The notes under the pieces: model-generated
What the model saw: the letters and a program-made list of their open reading frames with translations, nothing else
What the model was told of the DNA's origin: nothing
Database searches by the model: none
Part shown: piece after piece, positions 20,260-29,741 of the stretch
How positions within the stretch are numbered: position 1 is the stretch's first letter
Layout: the number at the start of each line of letters is the position of its first letter
Translations under genes and position numbers: made by a program
Assembly: GCA_965198175.1 (NCBI GenBank)
Contig: OZ240245.1
Coordinates: 4,704,001-4,768,000 of the forward strand
Reading direction: 5' to 3'
Source of the DNA: Candidatus Poribacteria bacterium
GTDB lineage: Bacteria; Poribacteria; WGA-4E; PCPOR2b
DNA length: 64,000 nucleotides

Positions 20260-20464
20260 GATCAACTGAGCGAATGAGGAAAAGGTTCATTCCCCTCCTT
20301 ATCAAGGAGGGGCTAGGGGAGGTCGTAGGTTGGCTTTAACGGTGTTGAGCGATCGAAGGAACGAATAGCCACTGCGATAGATTACGGGAAACTATCGCCT
20401 AACATCTCTTTGAAGAACTATCGCACTCACAATTCGTTCGCTTGATCTATTCGCTCGGTTGATC
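20260..20464. repeat. Structured intergenic element with 16-bp terminal inverted repeats and an internal CCCCTCCTT-N3-AAGGAGGGG palindrome
   Basis: gatcaactgagcgaat (20260-75) vs attcgctcggttgatc (20449-64); cccctcctt-atc-aaggagggg at 20292-20312. Confidence 0.5.
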
Positions 20465-20472
20465 GATAGTCT

Positions 20473-22332
20473 TTACCAAGGAACTTCTGCGTCGGGCACG
20501 TGGTAAATGGCGCGCTTCAACGGCGCACTTTTGTCGCGCTGCATGTTCTCACGCTGGTAGGTTGGAGAGATGGTGCCGTTGGGGGAAATGTCCACAACCG
20601 TATCGCCCTGCCAAGTAAGCGTGTAGATTTGTCCGGCGAAGAACTTCTCTTCGACATTCTCCCGTTGCGGAAAGGTTATCGTCACCTTCCGGTCGGGTTT
20701 TAAGCCCGTAAGCCGCACAAAGCCATCCTGCCAGTCGCCCGCTGACACGTCTACTAGCCGGTCATCGACCATAACAGACACCTCGCCTTTGCTCACCCAA
20801 TCAGGAACACGGACGGAGAGAACCGACGCGTCGTGGACGAAGAGTTCTACTTTTCCTTCGTACGGCATGTGGCTATTGACTCGAACCCATTTCGAATCCC
20901 GATTCAGAAGAAGATTCACGCTTACACCGTTCGCATCTTGAGTCACGATATTGTGCCAAACGATGTAGAGGGCCTCAGCCCCGGAGACACAGCAGTGCAT
21001 AATCTGTTGGCTTCCTTTGCGGCTCATCCGCTTCCCAACCCAGTCGTTTGGGTCACTCCACCCGGCAAAGCCGCCGAATATCCTTTCAGGAACCTCCCGA
21101 TATGTCCTTCTCGGCGTCTCATCCGGGCGCGGTCCGCGGCTCTTTACCCAACTCGTGTCTTGCAACTGGCTTTCAACAAGATGATTTCTTGCCGCGCGTT
21201 CGACGTTGTTCCAATACTCGGGGTAACCGCCCTTAGCCAGAAGCGTGCCCATCAACAGCATGCTTCGAATGCAACAGGTCTCACAACCCGCGACTCCCGA
21301 ATAGCCCGTGAAGAAGAGACTTTCAGGGTACCAACCGATGCCACCACTGAAGCTTTCGACATAGTCGAAAAGGTTCTTGCACCATTGAATCAGTTCTCGA
21401 TTCCCCGTCGCTATGGCGAACCTAAGGACGCCTGCCGCAGGTCTTATCTTCGACTCGACATGACCGTTTGGATCCCATCCGGGTTCATAACCTGGAGGGA
21501 TTTCTCCTTGAGGTGTGGGGATGAAGCTTCCATCACTTTGAACCTGCGATGATTCGTGTACAAACCAGTTTGTCAATCGGTCGGCAAGGACTCGCGCCGG
21601 ATGGCTTTCGGTCATCTCGTACCATCTGGCGAGTGGGTCGATTAGGTAATGGTCATTCGATTTCTCAAGCGCCTTGATATCCCTTTCAATCATGCCCTTG
21701 ACCGCTTCATCTCCTGAGAGGGCATACCAAGTGATGAAGCTATCCAAGGCATAAGCGGGCTGTGTTCCATGACCCACTATAGCTCCGTTCGGTTGGATAA
21801 AGCCCATCATTAACTCCTTTAAGATGTTCTCCTCTTCAAGATACTTCTCAATACCGAGCATACTGCGAGCTTGTATGATGGCGCCCATGCCGATCGAGGC
21901 CACATCGTCCCCGACCACGTGTTCCATGAGAGGGTGGTCGGCATTAAGAATCACATTGTGATAAGGCTGGCCCGTGACAACGGGAAAAACTGCCCCGGGT
22001 GCACCTTTGTATCGACCAAGTCCCCTGAGGTCCATGTTGCCTTTTAGATAGTTCAAAGCGAGTTTCGCATGATTGGCTAAGTCGAGCGTATCGGCTGCTA
22101 TGACCCCTTTTTCATCCCCGTCGTTCAGGAGTCTAACCTCCTCTTGCGTTATCAGTTTCTCCTTCACTGCGGAGTTGGGATCCAAAGCGATTTGCTCGCC
22201 GTTTCCCTTTGACACAAGAATGGCGGTGGCCGCACAAGCCACAAACCACATCAAAAAACTCCGCCGAGATATCGGAAGATTGAATGGCAAATTTTTTCTT
22301 GATGGCACGGGCATCTGTTTTTCCTCTCTCAT
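20473..22332 (-). CDS. Tat-exported GH127/GH146-like (beta-L-arabinofuranosidase-type) glycosidase
   Basis: SRRSFL twin-arginine signal; CETCC and MHCC Cys/Zn-type motifs; C-terminal PYEGKV...VRVPDW beta-sandwich. Confidence 0.7.
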   Translation of the reverse strand: MREEKQMPVPSRKNLPFNLPISRRSFLMWFVACAATAILVSKGNGEQIALDPNSAVKEKLITQEEVRLLNDGDEKGVIAADTLDLANHAKLALNYLKGNMDLRGLGRYKGAPGAVFPVVTGQPYHNVILNADHPLMEHVVGDDVASIGMGAIIQARSMLGIEKYLEEENILKELMMGFIQPNGAIVGHGTQPAYALDSFITWYALSGDEAVKGMIERDIKALEKSNDHYLIDPLARWYEMTESHPARVLADRLTNWFVHESSQVQSDGSFIPTPQGEIPPGYEPGWDPNGHVESKIRPAAGVLRFAIATGNRELIQWCKNLFDYVESFSGGIGWYPESLFFTGYSGVAGCETCCIRSMLLMGTLLAKGGYPEYWNNVERAARNHLVESQLQDTSWVKSRGPRPDETPRRTYREVPERIFGGFAGWSDPNDWVGKRMSRKGSQQIMHCCVSGAEALYIVWHNIVTQDANGVSVNLLLNRDSKWVRVNSHMPYEGKVELFVHDASVLSVRVPDWVSKGEVSVMVDDRLVDVSAGDWQDGFVRLTGLKPDRKVTITFPQRENVEEKFFAGQIYTLTWQGDTVVDISPNGTISPTYQRENMQRDKSAPLKRAIYHVPDAEVPW

Positions 22333-22471
22333 TTGGAAGCAGGTTTACTCATTCGTAAGGGCGGGAGCACAGGATTCTATGGATAAAGTGCAATATATCA
22401 TATAACCTTCTGCCCAAAAATACAAGAAAATAGTGCGGCGTAGCAGGGATATCGCATCTTAAAGTTTTTGC

Positions 22472-22499
22472 TTGACACAGATGCGTATATCCATAAAAT
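22472..22499 (+). promoter_or_regulatory. Sigma70-type promoter upstream of the ThDP enzyme gene
   Basis: TTGACA-N16-TAAAAT. Confidence 0.5.
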
Positions 22500-22556
22500 A
22501 AGATGAAAGTGACATCGTGCAACTCCTCTGTGGGAACTAACTCTTGATTTAGGAGC

Positions 22557-24320
22557 GTGTCTGTGCAAACGAGTCCAATCACAGCGAATCCATCTCAAAT
22601 CATGATTGAGCAGCTCGCGGCATCAGGGGTGAAGTATGTGTTCAATAACTCCGGGTCACGCGAGGCGCGCTTTTTCGATGCGTTGCATGCGCATCCGGAT
22701 ATACACGGTATCCTAGCACTCCATGAGGGAAGCGTTGCGGCTATGGCTGGCGGTTACACGCAGGTCAAGCTGGATGCGGCAGTCATGGTGGTTCATCTTG
22801 GAGCCGGATTGGCGCAATGCTTGGGACAGCTTATCAACATCTGGAGCGGTAAGCTGCCCGTTGTCGTCATCACGTTTGCGGGTGACACCGGTAGCTATAT
22901 GGATAAAATCGAACTGGATTTTGATCATAGCTTTGGGCCAACGTCAATCTCCGCGCCTTTCACCAAAGCGAACTGGACGGTGATTGAACCCGATGGACTG
23001 CCGCAAGCCATCCATCGCGCCCTACGGGTGGCAAAAACGCCGCCGGTCGGTCCTGTACATCTCGCCGTTTACGATCGGCTGCTGCATGACCAGCAGGTGA
23101 CCACGAACATTATAGAAGGAGACATCCCCAATCTCCGCGCTGGCTATCCGGCTGACAACGACGTAGAAGCGGTTGTGCGAGCGCTGCGCAACGCTGAGCG
23201 TCCGCTGCTTTATATCGGGGATGGTGTATGGAAAAGCGGTGCAGGAATTCATGCCGCCGCAATTGCAGAGCATTTCGGTATTCCCATTGCCGGTGATATG
23301 CGAGGCGTTTCAATTAAACATAAGCTGCATTGCGGACGGTTCGATCAAGCGGGAAAGTTTCTCAATCCGGATGTCATTGTCTGTATCGGTGTACGTCATA
23401 GCGGGACTGGGCATCCCCGGGATTTCAGCACATTTTCCGCAGCGAAAGAGATTATCGCCATTGGCTCAGATATCGAACATGTCAAGAATACCCAAAGCGT
23501 TGATCTGGTAATTTTGGCGGACGAATGCCGAACGCTTGAGCGTCTCAAAGAATTGGCGATGAAGGAATTTACAAGAGATTACTTTGAAGCACCGCGTGCG
23601 AGGGCGCAGCAGCAGGCTACTGCACTCCGTGCGCAGCGTAGGCAGGCTGCACAGCGCGTTGAACTGCGGACCGGAACAGTACGCCCATGGATACTAGCCG
23701 ATGCCCTGGATGAAGCGTTGGAACGCCTGGGCGGCGGGCTTGTCATGATTGAGCAGTTTGCGGTGCCCTTGGATAGTATAGGCGGGACGGATAAAACCAA
23801 CAATACCGTGTATATCCGACCCGCTGGCGGCTCGGAAGGCTACGGCGTTGGCGGGACAATCGGCGTGAAGCTCGCTGCGCCGGATAAGCCTGTTGTTGGG
23901 TTGGTCGGAGATGGATCGATGTTCTATGCGGATTCAGGGCTATGGACAGCAGCGCATCACGGTATTCCTGTCCTCTACATTATATCGAACAACCAATCCT
24001 ATGGCGTTGTCGCTAACCTCTTTTCGAAAACGGATGGAACCACTATGCAGCGGACCGGCAAATATGCCGGCGTAGTTTTAGATGGAGCTGATCCGGTGAA
24101 GCTTGCGGACGGATTTGGGGTAGCCGGTATGCACGTACAGGATGAATCTCGCCTTCACCAAGCAATTGCCCATGGACTGGAAGTAGTCGAGGGAGAAGGA
24201 CGCCCATTTCTCTTAAATGTCCATCTGCCGCTTGGGCTCCCAAAAGGCGGTCGAGCTGCAACGCCATTCTGCCTCTCGGATGCTGGGACAAATTCAGAAT
24301 CAGATTCAGAAATGAGTTGA
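22557..24320 (+). CDS. Thiamine diphosphate-dependent enzyme (benzoylformate decarboxylase-like)
   Basis: LALHEGSVAAMAGGY, GDGSMFY...LWTAAH...NNQSYG ThDP motif. Confidence 0.85.
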   Translation: MSVQTSPITANPSQIMIEQLAASGVKYVFNNSGSREARFFDALHAHPDIHGILALHEGSVAAMAGGYTQVKLDAAVMVVHLGAGLAQCLGQLINIWSGKLPVVVITFAGDTGSYMDKIELDFDHSFGPTSISAPFTKANWTVIEPDGLPQAIHRALRVAKTPPVGPVHLAVYDRLLHDQQVTTNIIEGDIPNLRAGYPADNDVEAVVRALRNAERPLLYIGDGVWKSGAGIHAAAIAEHFGIPIAGDMRGVSIKHKLHCGRFDQAGKFLNPDVIVCIGVRHSGTGHPRDFSTFSAAKEIIAIGSDIEHVKNTQSVDLVILADECRTLERLKELAMKEFTRDYFEAPRARAQQQATALRAQRRQAAQRVELRTGTVRPWILADALDEALERLGGGLVMIEQFAVPLDSIGGTDKTNNTVYIRPAGGSEGYGVGGTIGVKLAAPDKPVVGLVGDGSMFYADSGLWTAAHHGIPVLYIISNNQSYGVVANLFSKTDGTTMQRTGKYAGVVLDGADPVKLADGFGVAGMHVQDESRLHQAIAHGLEVVEGEGRPFLLNVHLPLGLPKGGRAATPFCLSDAGTNSESDSEMS

Positions 24321-24447
24321 CGCATTGAGGCGTATCAACAGCTTTTTTATCATGCTTTTTCAATAAAATTGAGATTGTCACGATTGGAATTCTGACGACT
24401 ATGTCCATGTGCAGTTAAAAAGCTCCCCGAATTTCCCTGAAAATCAT

Positions 24448-24549
24448 GCAGATTTTGTTGCGCTCCGGTTTTGCATGCTGATAATCGCATCAACTAATTT
24501 ATGCGGTCCAAAGTGGATAACATCTGTGGCTGGTAAGCTTGCTTCCCGC
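24448..24549 (-). repeat. Displaced duplicate of the 3' end of the DUF1611 gene (left boundary of island)
   Basis: 90/102 identical to 32499-32600; translates REASLPATDVIHFGPHKLVDAIISMQNRSATKSA* with its own TGA. Confidence 0.85.
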
Positions 24550-24618
24550 GATTTATTCGACGCAATTTAGAAGTTCCGCGTATACACATCCCCCCCAACA
24601 AATCACAAGAGGGCAACG

Positions 24619-25407
24619 ATGAACCGCAAATTGAGTTTCGGCATATCCATCGCCTTGTTGTGCATTATCGGCATCGGTGTTTATCTGTGGCACGACATAA
24701 CAACTTTTAAGAAGTCACTTTCCTCTGACCCCAAAATTGAAGGGAAACAAGAGCGAACAGATCGCGTAACCGCAACGGCGACTGAGACAACCCCTGTTGA
24801 GACACCAGAGCAGGTAGATCGAGAAATCAGCGAGATTATTGAGCATCTCGAAGCACGTCATGCACCGGAACCGGCGGGAGAAGATGAAGAAGATCCAACG
24901 GAGCAACTAGCAGACCCTGAAGCGGCTGCGTGGGCACGCCTCGAATATATTTCCCAAAACCCTCAAGAGTGGGGCGACCTATCGCCGCAGGCGACTGAGT
25001 TGATGGCACAATTGACACCAACACGGCACTTAAGGACCGAAGGTGATATGGAAGAAACTATAGTATTGCTCGATGAGCTTGGCGAACTTCAAGACCCCCG
25101 TTCTGCAGAAATATTTGCGAATTATCTTAGTGAAAGTGAGCTCTGGGGAAGGTCCATGGAAGAGGCTTTAATTGCGATCGGGCCGTCATCTGTCCCACTG
25201 CTAATTCCCTTGTTGGATGACAAGGATAGATTCTTGAGAAGAAAGAGAGCCACTAAATTATTAGGCATAATTGGTTCTGAATATCAACCGGAACTGGGCG
25301 GTGCGGTGGAATACATCCTCCTTCCCAAACTGGAGCAGATGGCAACATCGGATCCCCATCCAAGAGTTCGACAGTACGCCAGTGAAGCAGTTGCCCGTCT
25401 GAGATAA
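24619..25407 (+). CDS. Membrane-anchored HEAT-repeat protein (copy 1)
   Basis: N-terminal TM; LGELQDPRSAE, ALIAIGPSSVPLLIPLL, SDPHPRVRQYASEAV. Confidence 0.8.
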   Translation: MNRKLSFGISIALLCIIGIGVYLWHDITTFKKSLSSDPKIEGKQERTDRVTATATETTPVETPEQVDREISEIIEHLEARHAPEPAGEDEEDPTEQLADPEAAAWARLEYISQNPQEWGDLSPQATELMAQLTPTRHLRTEGDMEETIVLLDELGELQDPRSAEIFANYLSESELWGRSMEEALIAIGPSSVPLLIPLLDDKDRFLRRKRATKLLGIIGSEYQPELGGAVEYILLPKLEQMATSDPHPRVRQYASEAVARLR

Positions 25408-25413
25408 ACCGTC

Positions 25414-26220
25414 ATGCGCCCATATAATAAACCGATTGTCATCTTGGTGACTCTTATTGTTGTGGGGTTGGGCATCGGGGTCGTCATGTTCAGTTATCGG
25501 CATCAAGACACTACTGTTGCTCCCAAAATTAAAGGAGAACAAGAGCCAATAGATCGTGTCTCCTCAACGGTGCCCGAGACGGGTGAACTTCGTGAAAGCT
25601 CAGAGGAGTCAGCTCCCGTTGAAACGGCAGAGCGGGTTGAACGTGAAATCAGCGAGATTATTGAACATCTCGAAGCACGTCATGCACCGGAACCGGCGGG
25701 AGAAGATGAAGAAGATCCAACGGAGCAACTAGCAGACCCTGAAGCGGCTGCGTGGGCACGCCTCGAATATATTTCCCAAAACCCTCAAGAGTGGGGCGAC
25801 CTATCGCCGCAGGCGACTGAGTTGATGGCACAATTGACACCAACATGGGCAATAAGTACTGAGGGCGAGGGAGAGAAAGCTATTCATCTGCTGAAAAAGC
25901 TTGGCAAACTCCGAGATCCACGTGCGGCTGAATTATTCGTGAATTATATGTCACGTGTTAAGGGGAAGCGTATACGAAACACCTTGATGGCAATTGGACC
26001 GCCAGCCGTGTTGCCGTTGATTCCAATTTTAGCGAATCAAGACTCTACTAACAGAGGTGCAGCCGCTAGGATATTGGGCGCCATCGGCTCCGAGCATCGG
26101 CAAGATCTCGGAGGTGCGGTCGAATACATCCTCCTTCCCAAATTGGAGAAGTTAGCAACATCTGATCCCGAGCCAAGAGTTAGGCAGTATGCGAGTGAAG
26201 CAGTTTCCCAACTGAGATAA
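25414..26220 (+). CDS. Membrane-anchored HEAT-repeat protein (copy 2)
   Basis: Paralog of copy 1; LGKLRDPRAAE, AAARILGAIG, SDPEPRVRQYASEAV. Confidence 0.8.
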   Translation: MRPYNKPIVILVTLIVVGLGIGVVMFSYRHQDTTVAPKIKGEQEPIDRVSSTVPETGELRESSEESAPVETAERVEREISEIIEHLEARHAPEPAGEDEEDPTEQLADPEAAAWARLEYISQNPQEWGDLSPQATELMAQLTPTWAISTEGEGEKAIHLLKKLGKLRDPRAAELFVNYMSRVKGKRIRNTLMAIGPPAVLPLIPILANQDSTNRGAAARILGAIGSEHRQDLGGAVEYILLPKLEKLATSDPEPRVRQYASEAVSQLR

Positions 26221-26317
26221 ACCATCATGCTTCCATATAGACTAAAACTCGCTTGCGATTCTGAGTTTAATCATGTCTTATTAACTTTCGCTTTCCTCGC
26301 TTTAAGCATCAGTTTTT

Positions 26318-26401
26318 GTAGGTTGGGTTGAGCGGGTAATTCCAAAACCGTTCCGAGCACCAAACATCGCACTTGGCGAAATAGATGTAGCGAAACCCAA
26401 C
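26318..26401 (+). repeat. GTAG-type REP-like element
   Basis: GTAG-GTTGGGTT-gagcg...cg-AAACCCAAC; arms pair around a ~60-nt spacer. Confidence 0.55.
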
Positions 26402-26430
26402 GCTCTTAAAACGTCCGGACGACCAAAAAG

Positions 26431-27243
26431 CGTTGGGGAGACAAACCTGAATGCCCCCGGTCAGGTTGTAAATCTAATCGCGTTGCACGGAAACAAGACC
26501 GTGGACGTATCGGCGAATGGAATTGCCACCAGTGTAAATCAACATTCAATGTTATGACGGGCACCCTATTTCAGGGAACACGAATTGAACTCCAAAAATG
26601 GTTCTTAGCTATCAGCCTTATAGCAAACGCCAAAAAGAGTATATCAAGTCATCAACTCGCCCGCGACTTGGACCTTACACAAACCACAGCACTGTACATG
26701 CAACAACGAATCCGCGCTGAAATGGGACGCAAATCATCCAAATTACTGCAAGGCATCATCGAAGCAGATGAAGTATACATCGGCGGAAAACCACGTAAAG
26801 GAAATCGAAGAAAAGACGATCCACCAAACAAACGAGGACGCGGAACAAAAAAAACCCCAGTCCTCGGAGCAGTAGAACGAGGCGGTAATGTACAAGCCCG
26901 TGTGCAAACAGATTTAGGCAGTAGAAGCATTCTAGAGTTTCTGAAGGATAAGATAAACCCCAAGGATTCCGAGTTAATTACAGACGAATACAGGGCTTAC
27001 AGAGTCATACGCCCACTTATACCACACAAAGTAATCAATCATCAGGAAAAATATGTTGACGGCGATGTTCATACCAACACCATTGAGGGATTCTGGGCAT
27101 TACTCAAACGCGCTTGGTACGGAACACACCACCATTACAAGAAAAAATACACGCCACTATACGTCATAGAGGCATGTTGGAAATACAATCATCGAAATAC
27201 TAAAAACTGTTTCGATGTGTTTATCCGAGGGTGCTTTGCATAA
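26431..27243 (+). mobile_element. IS1595-family (ISXO2-like) DDE transposase, 5'-truncated
   Basis: In-frame Zn ribbon RWGDKPECPRSGC...WNCHQCKSTFNV upstream of ATG 26554; EADEVYIGG, ITDEY, HTNTIEGFW. An in-frame TAA at 26407 leaves no start for the N-terminus. Confidence 0.88.
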
Positions 27244-27493
27244 ACCCATAGCCCCCTCGGATAGCCAGCTTAAAAGCACCTACAAGCCAAAGCAACCCAA
27301 AAAAACCCCCCCCATAATATCCCTCCAATACAACAATCATTTTATCAATTTGGGCTCAACCATAAAGCCCATTCGTGTTTATTATGATCGCCTATTGGAA
27401 ACATATTGTCAACCAGAAATTACGCATTACAGCCTAAATTATACAAGCAACCAGCCACTCTGTTAAGCGATTAAGTTTTCATTACGAAACATA

Positions 27494-27835
27494 ATGGTGC
27501 ATGTCACTGGCGATAAATACGGCGGCGGTAGTGTCACTGCCTATGGCATAGACAAGAGTTCGTCAGCATCGCTCGATATCGATGAACACGGCGGACGTAT
27601 CGGTGCCTTCGGCAAAGATGGGAAATCGCAGGCGGGACTCTTTAGCGGTAATTATGGCGGAGGTGTCGCTGTCTCGGACAAAGATAGGAAATTGGGGGCG
27701 GGGCTCGGTATCGTTGAATATGGCGGTTTTGTCGATGTCTTTGGCAAAGTTGGCAAAGGCAAGGCGGTTATGGTTATAAACGAATACGGCGACGGTATGG
27801 TGAGCACTTGGGACAAGAATGGCTATCGACAGTAA
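27494..27835 (+). pseudogene. C-terminal fragment of a glycine-rich GKDGK-repeat protein
   Basis: ~22-aa repeats GG.V..FGKDGK; lacks the signal peptide and N-domain of its neighbour and abuts the IS end. Confidence 0.55.
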
Positions 27836-27847
27836 AGAGGATTTTAC

Positions 27848-28300
27848 ATGTTTAGGATTCAGAATTGGAAGCAAGCACTTTGTTTAATGGCGTTGGGTAG
27901 TGTGTTCACGATAGTCGGGATGTTGTTTGCGGTTGGGATGCTGTCTCCCGTGACGGCGCAAAATGATAAGTTTGACACGATTCAGTGTTCTAGGCTAGAG
28001 GTTGTTGACGCGGACGGGATAACGAGGGTGATACTCACAACCGGTGAAAGCGGCGGGTGGGGCGCTGCCTTTGGCAAAGATGGTAAATCGCGGGTCGGGC
28101 GCGCTATCGGGGAGTATGGCGGCCGTGTCGATGCCTTCGGCAAAGATGGGAAAGTGGCGTTGCTCAGTACCGATGAGCATGGCGGCGTTGTCGGTACTTT
28201 TGACAAAGATGGAAAATTGGGGGTGGTTCTCAGTATCGGTGAAAATGGCGGGCATGGCGGCATCATGGACAAAAACGGAAGGTATAAAGCCATCAACTGA
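27848..28300 (+). CDS. Secreted glycine-rich GKDGK-repeat protein
   Basis: GAGG RBS, signal peptide ending VTA-Q, FDTIQCSRLEVVD cap, four GG.V..F.KDGK repeats. Confidence 0.7.
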   Translation: MFRIQNWKQALCLMALGSVFTIVGMLFAVGMLSPVTAQNDKFDTIQCSRLEVVDADGITRVILTTGESGGWGAAFGKDGKSRVGRAIGEYGGRVDAFGKDGKVALLSTDEHGGVVGTFDKDGKLGVVLSIGENGGHGGIMDKNGRYKAIN

Positions 28301-28658
28301 GTTAGGCGTTTCTACTGGCTAGAAGTTTCTGCTAAGTGGAGATGGGAAAATGGTAGACCTGAAACCGATGACGAGGCAAGAGTTGATAGACACGATAATT
28401 GAATACAAGCCCCTAGGCGTTGTGTTCGTATGCTCAAGAGATTTGAGACGGAACATCTTCAACGAATATACGAAGTGGAGGAAGCTTATAATTCAAACCC
28501 AAGCGCAGAGAACCTTTTTGAAGTGATGGGATTGTATGACCCGGAAATTCGCTATTGTAGAGATGGCTGCCCCAACAGCAAATACGGCAAACTGAAAACC
28601 CTTGACTAAAGGCAGCGGAAAAGCAGCGGACAATGACTAGTGGTCAGTAAAAACTGCA

Positions 28659-29741
28659 CTAGCAACTGGCACTGCCTTTAATGAGTTTGTCCAGTTCGCT
28701 CAGGAAATCATCAGTGTCTTCATCCTCGACGTTGACTTCCGGATCAAACGGTAATCTGCCTCGTCCCGGCGCTGGCGGCTCGATTGCCCGATTGTAAATG
28801 ATATCATGTTCGATAAAATCGAGCACAGTCAGATTGGGAAAGAGACGAATATTGCTATTGGGTGAGGTTGTTGGCGATTCGCCAGCGATATAATCAAGAA
28901 ACGCTTCGATGTATTCGAGATAGTGTAGGTGGTATGTACATGCGAAATATTGTTTGATGAAATCGAGATTGCGCTCGCCCGGGTTAACACCGCACATGCG
29001 CGTAGCATAATCGCTTGCTTGTTGTTCTAACTGTTCTTCAGAGATTCGACCGCCGATGTTGGGTGTGATTGCCAACCGGTCTTTGTGAGGGTAACGGAGA
29101 TATTGTGCGATGTAATCGAGATAGTAGAGGTTGCGCTCGTCGCGCGGGTTGATGTCGCACATGCGATCAGCATAATCGCTTGCTTGTTGTTTTAGCTGTT
29201 CTTCAGAGATTCGACCGCCGATGTTGGGTGTAATTGCCGACCGGTCTTCGTGGAGGTAACCGAAATATCGTTCGATGCAATCGAGATAGTAACGGTTGCG
29301 CTCGTGCGGGTTGACGCCGCACATGCGCTCAGTATAATCGTCTGCTTGTTGTTCTAGCTGTTCTCCAGAGGTATAACAGCCTTTGATGTAATCGAGATTG
29401 ATTATTGGGGGTATTCGGATCATCCGTATCAACCGAAGGTGCCGACGCAAGAAACTCAAATCGACATCGTACAAATTCGCTAGATGTTCAATGCTTCTAC
29501 AGTGTGTATTGAGTGAGAGTGGGTAAGCACGGGATGGCGTTCGGACACGGTAGCAGCAGTGAAAACGTTCTTCGTTGCTGGGAAACCATGGCGGCAGTCC
29601 GTCCCTGACATATTCCTTGAAGCTGCCGGATGGTTCTTCTTGTCGGTAGAGCCTCCTGAGATATGCCACGATGCACCTGTCAAGTCGCTCACGTCGTTTC
29701 GGTGACAATCGTTTCCAACGATAGGGCATGGGTGTCGTCAT
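28659..29741 (-). CDS. Hypothetical protein with Cys/His-rich N-domain and three ~55-aa tandem repeats
   Basis: Long ORF with likely start ATG 29741 after GGGGG; repeats EQLEQQA.DY..RMC.VNP.ERN at a 162-165 bp period. Confidence 0.65.
   Translation of the reverse strand: MTTPMPYRWKRLSPKRRERLDRCIVAYLRRLYRQEEPSGSFKEYVRDGLPPWFPSNEERFHCCYRVRTPSRAYPLSLNTHCRSIEHLANLYDVDLSFLRRHLRLIRMIRIPPIINLDYIKGCYTSGEQLEQQADDYTERMCGVNPHERNRYYLDCIERYFGYLHEDRSAITPNIGGRISEEQLKQQASDYADRMCDINPRDERNLYYLDYIAQYLRYPHKDRLAITPNIGGRISEEQLEQQASDYATRMCGVNPGERNLDFIKQYFACTYHLHYLEYIEAFLDYIAGESPTTSPNSNIRLFPNLTVLDFIEHDIIYNRAIEPPAPGRGRLPFDPEVNVEDEDTDDFLSELDKLIKGSASC

Noticed and set aside
20833..21552. 239-aa plus-strand ORF and similar long antisense ORFs (43779-44342, 46999-47589, 52150-52668)
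   Set aside because: They are shadow frames opposite well-supported genes and have no recognisable motifs.
16608..24320. PEP mutase plus ThDP decarboxylase as phosphonate biosynthesis
   Set aside because: The ICL-family protein lacks the PEP mutase EDK...K.NS motif, and the ThDP enzyme resembles benzoylformate decarboxylase rather than phosphonopyruvate decarboxylase.
28350..28609. Small frameshifted ORF pair
   Set aside because: Two short overlapping frames with no recognisable family; the support is insufficient.
28960..29400. Repeats as a CRISPR array
   Set aside because: They are contiguous in-frame 162-165 bp coding repeats without unique spacers, and there are no cas genes.
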